The position numbers and the translations under genes are program-made. This document shows, piece after piece, positions 58,707 to 64,000 of a stretch of DNA of 64,000 nucleotides; the first letter of the stretch is position 1, and each line of letters begins with the position of its first letter. The stretch lies in contig NMRA01000218.1 in NCBI GenBank assembly GCA_002633005.1, positions 1 through 64,000 of the forward strand. The letters run 5' to 3'. Origin of the DNA: Phoronis australis. Lineage: Eukaryota; Animalia; Phoronida. The notes under the pieces were generated by a model, which did no database searches, was not told where the DNA came from, and saw nothing but the letters and a program-made list of their open reading frames with translations.

Positions 58707-59775
58707 CTGAAAATAACAAAATTTGATGAGTGATTATATGTTGAATAATACCTACATACATGCTGTGCAAGGTCAGGTGATTGAAATCAAGACAAGTACA
58801 AGTGATATTCAATTAAGTTCTCATAGATCTTCTGAGCTTGGAGTGAGACCCCACGCTCAAAATACGAACCAACACATCCCAACTTTTTAAACTCTGCCCA
58901 CTGTAGCTACTATACTAGCAGTATTTTTATCTGAACCGACACAGTCACATAAACATCATGGTTGTAAGATTTAAGTCATTACTTGTGAACTAGGGCATGT
59001 TATGAAGCACACAGATAATGACATCACTGAAAATCAAGTACTGTGCCAAAGTAAGCTTGACATCTCACTAGCAAAAACTAGCAAAATGGCTGCCACTGAA
59101 ACTATAGGTCAGCGAGGCTGGAATGTTGAGTTATGCCAGAAAATTCCCAGTTTCTATTCCGTAAGCGGACATTCTGGTGACTATATTAATCTGGACATGA
59201 CAATATAGGACAAGATGCCCTGGCGTACAAGACTTCCATCTCAACACAATTTGACATGGCACAAACTTATTCCCCGTTTCCCAGTGAGCAGGGGTTCACA
59301 TTGAGCCCATTCAACTGTCAATCTTAAAAAAAGATTGAAGATAGAATCTCAGCACAAGTTATCACACTGGTTATGGTGACATTTTACTGTATCATGATAC
59401 ACATGAAAAGAAGACTGCCATAGAGATATTCTACTGTAAGACCATCAGTGTAAAGGAACCTAATACAGGTCACATTGCCTTGTTGTACACCTATATCATG
59501 TTAAAGTTTGTGAAATTCATAACTGAATACTTAACAGGTGGAACACATCCTACTTCTTAAGTTTTGGATCTTAATCCATTCACAACATTCACAACATAAT
59601 CCCTTGCCCTCAACAACTATTACTGGATGTGTGGACCTGCTGGGACATTCATAAATTCAATAGCCATAAAAGACCTCCTCACTGATGCCACTTCAATAGA
59701 AGAGGATGAAATATTCTGTCTCAAATTTCTATGTACAGGGAAATCCTGCACTGAACACAACACCAATGGAAGCAG

Positions 59776-59827
59776 GGGAGGGGTACTCAGAGGGGAGGGT
59801 ACTCAGAGGGGAGGGGCACTCAGAGGG
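59776..59827. repeat. 15-bp tandem repeat x3
   Basis: ggggagggtactcag repeated. Confidence 0.8.
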
Positions 59828-62800
59828 AAGCAGCTAGAAGATTAGGATACCCACCCATTTAAGTAATGGACCCATTTGACGAGAGCAACACAAGAAGAGT
59901 GGCCACATTGTTACCAAGGTTATCAAAATATCGATAACAATAAACATTTCAGTATAATTTTTTAGATGGAAAAGGACTGACTCTTTTGTAGAGTTTCAAA
60001 CTGATACAATGAATCCTTTTGACGGTAATTGAGCCAAGAAATGCATCCTTTCATAAGTAATTTTCTGGGTAAAGATACTCTTTCATAAAGAAACTGATCG
60101 TGAACAAGTCACTCATCCAATATTGGCACATCCCGTATACCAGTCCTATGTGAGTACACTCACTCCCCTCCCCCCCTCTTTCCACAAACCACCTATTGAC
60201 AAGAGGTGACATCACCATCCCAATATTGAATTCTCTTCATCCAACTTATCACCCTCCATATTGAATTCCCCCCATATAACTTATCATCCTCTTTATCAGC
60301 CAGCAAGCACATAACTGACCAGTCTTGACAGCTCATGCACATTTTCATGTTCAACATCAGTCTACTCATTCATAGTTGGATAACATCAACAAAGACGTTA
60401 ATAACAAACCTGGCTGTCTTTTTGTCCCCTGTTTGCTTTATGCTTGTGTTTATCAGATTAATGATAGCTTATCATAGACCAACACTTTACTACAGCCAAG
60501 TGAAATGTTACAACACATCTTATGTAAACACATCCAGGCCAAGGATTACACTGACAACCATGGTTCTAATGGGATGACACTTTTTGAATGTGCCAGACTG
60601 TCTATTATGTAGGACCTTATTGAGGAACATCAATCCAAAGTCAATTACCAGAAAAATTACGCTGTGTCATATAATAAAAGTAAATTATTTTGGGAAATAA
60701 GAAAGGTTAAGGATTATAAAAATAACATTTGATACTTATGTGTCATTGTTATCGTAATGTGGCCATCTTTTTAAGTCAAATTTTCACTTTCAGTAGTTGT
60801 ATTGAATAGGAATCTGAACTGAATACCATATAAGGATTCTAGCAGTGACATACACAGATTTAGTAACTGAGCCTAGACCCACATAACATTTGACAATTCA
60901 TGGCATTGGTGATGCTCAGAACATGTAGCAAAGAAATTGATATGTGTTACAGTGTGCTACCTTTCAGCAAGTAGCCAAGATGCTAAGCAGCATAGTAGCT
61001 ATGGTAACCGCAAATATTTTTAACTGAAGAACACAGATTTTTTCTTAAGAATGGGATTGTGTCCATAATTTTAAATCAATCAACTGAGTGCAACTAGTCA
61101 TCAGTAAATTACTGATCAATTTCACTCAAACGTGATTTTGTAACAAGTTAGGTCACACTTTACATACTTCCTTCCATGAGATACATCAAGATTATTGAGC
61201 TTAACCTGCTCACAACACTACAGTACTGGAGCATGCCTTGAGGCAAGCTGTCTTACACCCCAGGTGGTCATTAGTTCCCACAGAGTAATCAAAAGTATCA
61301 ATAAGGGGAGACAATTGTACAGACTTAGTACATAGAATGTTACAACCTGGTTCTAAACTTTGGTAAAAATTTTAAGGTAACAATTTTTCAACCTGGGAAC
61401 AAAAATAATTGCTTAAAAAGTTGAAATTTGGCAATTTATATACTTACTACATTGCTAAAAATATTCAAAATCTTGCCACATGCTGATAAGTGACAGGTGA
61501 AAGGTGCAAAATATGTAGACGACAATATAAAATTCTTTTGTAATCAACTTTCTTGAGAAATTTGATCAAATGAACTTCCACTAGTCTGCCACATTATGTC
61601 CTAACTATAGAATTTAACGCACATATTTAGTTGCAGTATTTATCAAAAATACTAGGGTAAAGCAGAGTTTAGTGTCATTTGAAGACTTTAAATTAAATGA
61701 ATGACGAAATTCAATATCATGTTACCCATAAGGGAAGCAATTGATGACACCTTACACATAACAATGTGTCAGCAATGTCAAGACACAGCTGATCCACATT
61801 TCACAAATGTCTCCATGCAAACATAGAACTGTTTGACATGGCAATTCTAAATAGCTTGCTATTTTCCACAGAAATTACTTTCATTTTGAATTAATTTCAA
61901 CATCTAGCAAGTGGTAGGCGTGTAGTTTACATAACCTCTGTGAATGGGTTACACTCCACTTCACTCTCAGCCCACATTGTGACTCAGTGGACAGTTTTGA
62001 TGAGCCTGTCAATGGTGCTAGCACTCAATCCATTGAATCTAATGCAGGAACTATTGTAATGCTGTCACAAGACAGGAGCTGTGGTAATTAGCCTCATCAG
62101 ACTGAGGTATCAGGTAAAGGATCATTTGAATGATGGGATGGTGTCAGGATCATCCCATAGTGACACCTGTAACTGCCACTGTCTGATGTAACCAAGAATG
62201 AGTAGTCACTGTGACCAGAACAATGACTTGGAAACAAGTGATTGGTCGTGGTTCTTTATAATAAGATTTCAATTAACGTTTACGATCTACACGAAGAGCA
62301 ATTTTTGAGACACAGAGTTAAAATTGTGCCAAAATTGATTGTCAGCAACTTCAGCTGACAATTGGAATTTTTCATTTTGACATTTTTTGAGAAAAGTATT
62401 ATGAAAAACATTGTTGTAGGTTTGGTGGGAGCAGTTCTGATGTTTCAACATTTGGCAGTTTCAAGCATTTGTAGAAACATAGCAAGCAATTTTTCTGTCT
62501 CAAGTTGAAGAATTTTTACCACAAATGCAATGCTGTGCAAAAACTGTATTTTCACTACTTCGATACCTAAATAACTTATGTCAAAATAAGACTTGAACCA
62601 GATAACTTTTATCAAAAACACAAATATACCCACAAAGATAAAACATAGTCTCACCCCCCCCCCCNCCACTTATTAGTGAAAAGATGACGGATGTCTACAC
62701 CAAGAGTCTACCTAAGAACTTCAAAGAATACAGGATCAGAGCTAAAAAACTTTCTCCAAACTACAAGCTTGAAATGGTGTAGTAAGTCTATAGCTTGTTT

Positions 62801-64000
62801 TGATCAATGCTGAAGAACTATCTGAGTAGCTGAGCCATAACCAGTTATCTTGAAGTGTTTTCTTAACATCCTAAAACAAACAGGTTGCTGGCTTGAGTTC
62901 TTGTTATGAATAGATGTCCTCTTTCATTTCAACAACTCAGCTGAACTTCACTGAAGTACGGCTGAGAAAAAAATGGGAAGGACCAATGAGAAGCTTGACA
63001 TTCACCAGGTGGCGCTTGCGAAACTACAGCCATTCTTCCATGTGTTGAGGTTGTACTTCTCCACTTATTACGCATAAAATAATTGCCAAAATTGGTATTT
63101 TTTCATTTTCCAAGGCTGGTTACACACTTAGCTACAAATATTAGAAATTTCATCAAGTGTTGTTTTATGCCATTAACACAACACAAACTTTGCTAGAAAC
63201 AGACTAAAAATTTTCTTAATCTTTATTTTTGAGAAGAAATTTGACAAGATAGAATTATACTATGCTAAATAAATGATGAATTACCATAGTCACATGGAAT
63301 CTTTGTCCCGCAAACACTCCCATGCCCCTGACCTCTGTTAGCGATGAGGTCTCAGTCATGCTATCAAACGATAACGCACTCGCTCTACTTCTAAACTGAC
63401 CACCATGAAAAGAGTTAACAATCAGTCCGCAAACTTTTATTTTCAACAGGGCCACGTTTTTGTTTCAATTCAATATTATGAAAATCCAAGAAATGAAAGC
63501 CCATCCGTGACAGTTTCAGAGGTGACAGAAAACAAAAGGGTGCCGTTAATCAATACAAAACAAGTTTGCATTGTCTTTAAGTTAGCCCTTAGCCGGATTT
63601 GGTATGAAGACATACCTCGCCAAGCACTACAAGTTGATCCCATCCTTCTGTTACAACAAAGTTACCATTCTCTGTTTTTTTTCCAAATTTCCCAATGACT
63701 GCTCTTTTACTGACTAATCTTTCCCTGCACTTTTGTCAGTTTACCATCTTCTCTTCATTCCTGTGTTTCTTAATTCTTCGTACCGCTAAATGTTGTCATC
63801 ATTCATCAGTATCAACCTTCATTGTCATCGTCATCCTCATCACCGTCATTTCCATTCACCTATTCTGACATTGCCATGTGTCTAATGGTGACACTTCTCT
63901 CAGGCAACATTTGTGGTTCCATTGACATGAAATTTACGTACAACGTGTCTCATCAGTAGCTAAAGGCTTATTGGCTGAAATTACAGTCGAAGTGGATCTG

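Noticed and set aside
58707-64000. Signal-peptide / LRR N-cap first exon of ADGRA
   Set aside because: No convincing ATG plus hydrophobic leader with a phase-2 donor found; presumed to lie beyond the window

Overview
Eukaryotic (animal, most likely an invertebrate bilaterian) genomic DNA: AT-rich, with GT-AG introns and three N gaps. It holds two convergent multi-exon genes, both reconstructed by hand with every intron phase consistent. (1) On the + strand, a complete 5-exon RCC1-repeat gene (RCCD1-like, 360 aa, 340..7010). (2) On the - strand, a 5'-partial adhesion GPCR of the ADGRA family (GPR124/GPR125-like) with 19 exons at 10430..58706 (about 1671 aa in the window): 5 LRRs, LRRCT, Ig, HormR, GAIN/GPS, 7TM, an ~690-aa tail and a C-terminal KHETSV PDZ ligand. 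The signal-peptide exon appears to lie beyond the window. The introns contain many mobile elements: tRNA-derived SINEs with TSDs, Helentron-type HINEs, several MITE families, a 4.5-kb TA-flanked element with perfect TIRs, a decayed mariner transposase, a decayed THAP domain, and minisatellites. I found no clearly new multi-gene system. The best leads are an intact HL|T GPS site in an ADGRA receptor, a candidate in-frame microexon in the GAIN domain, degron and WW-binding motifs in the long tail, a long palindrome in the 3' UTR, and the cargo-carrying 4.5-kb transposon. All family assignments are from motif recognition, not database searches.
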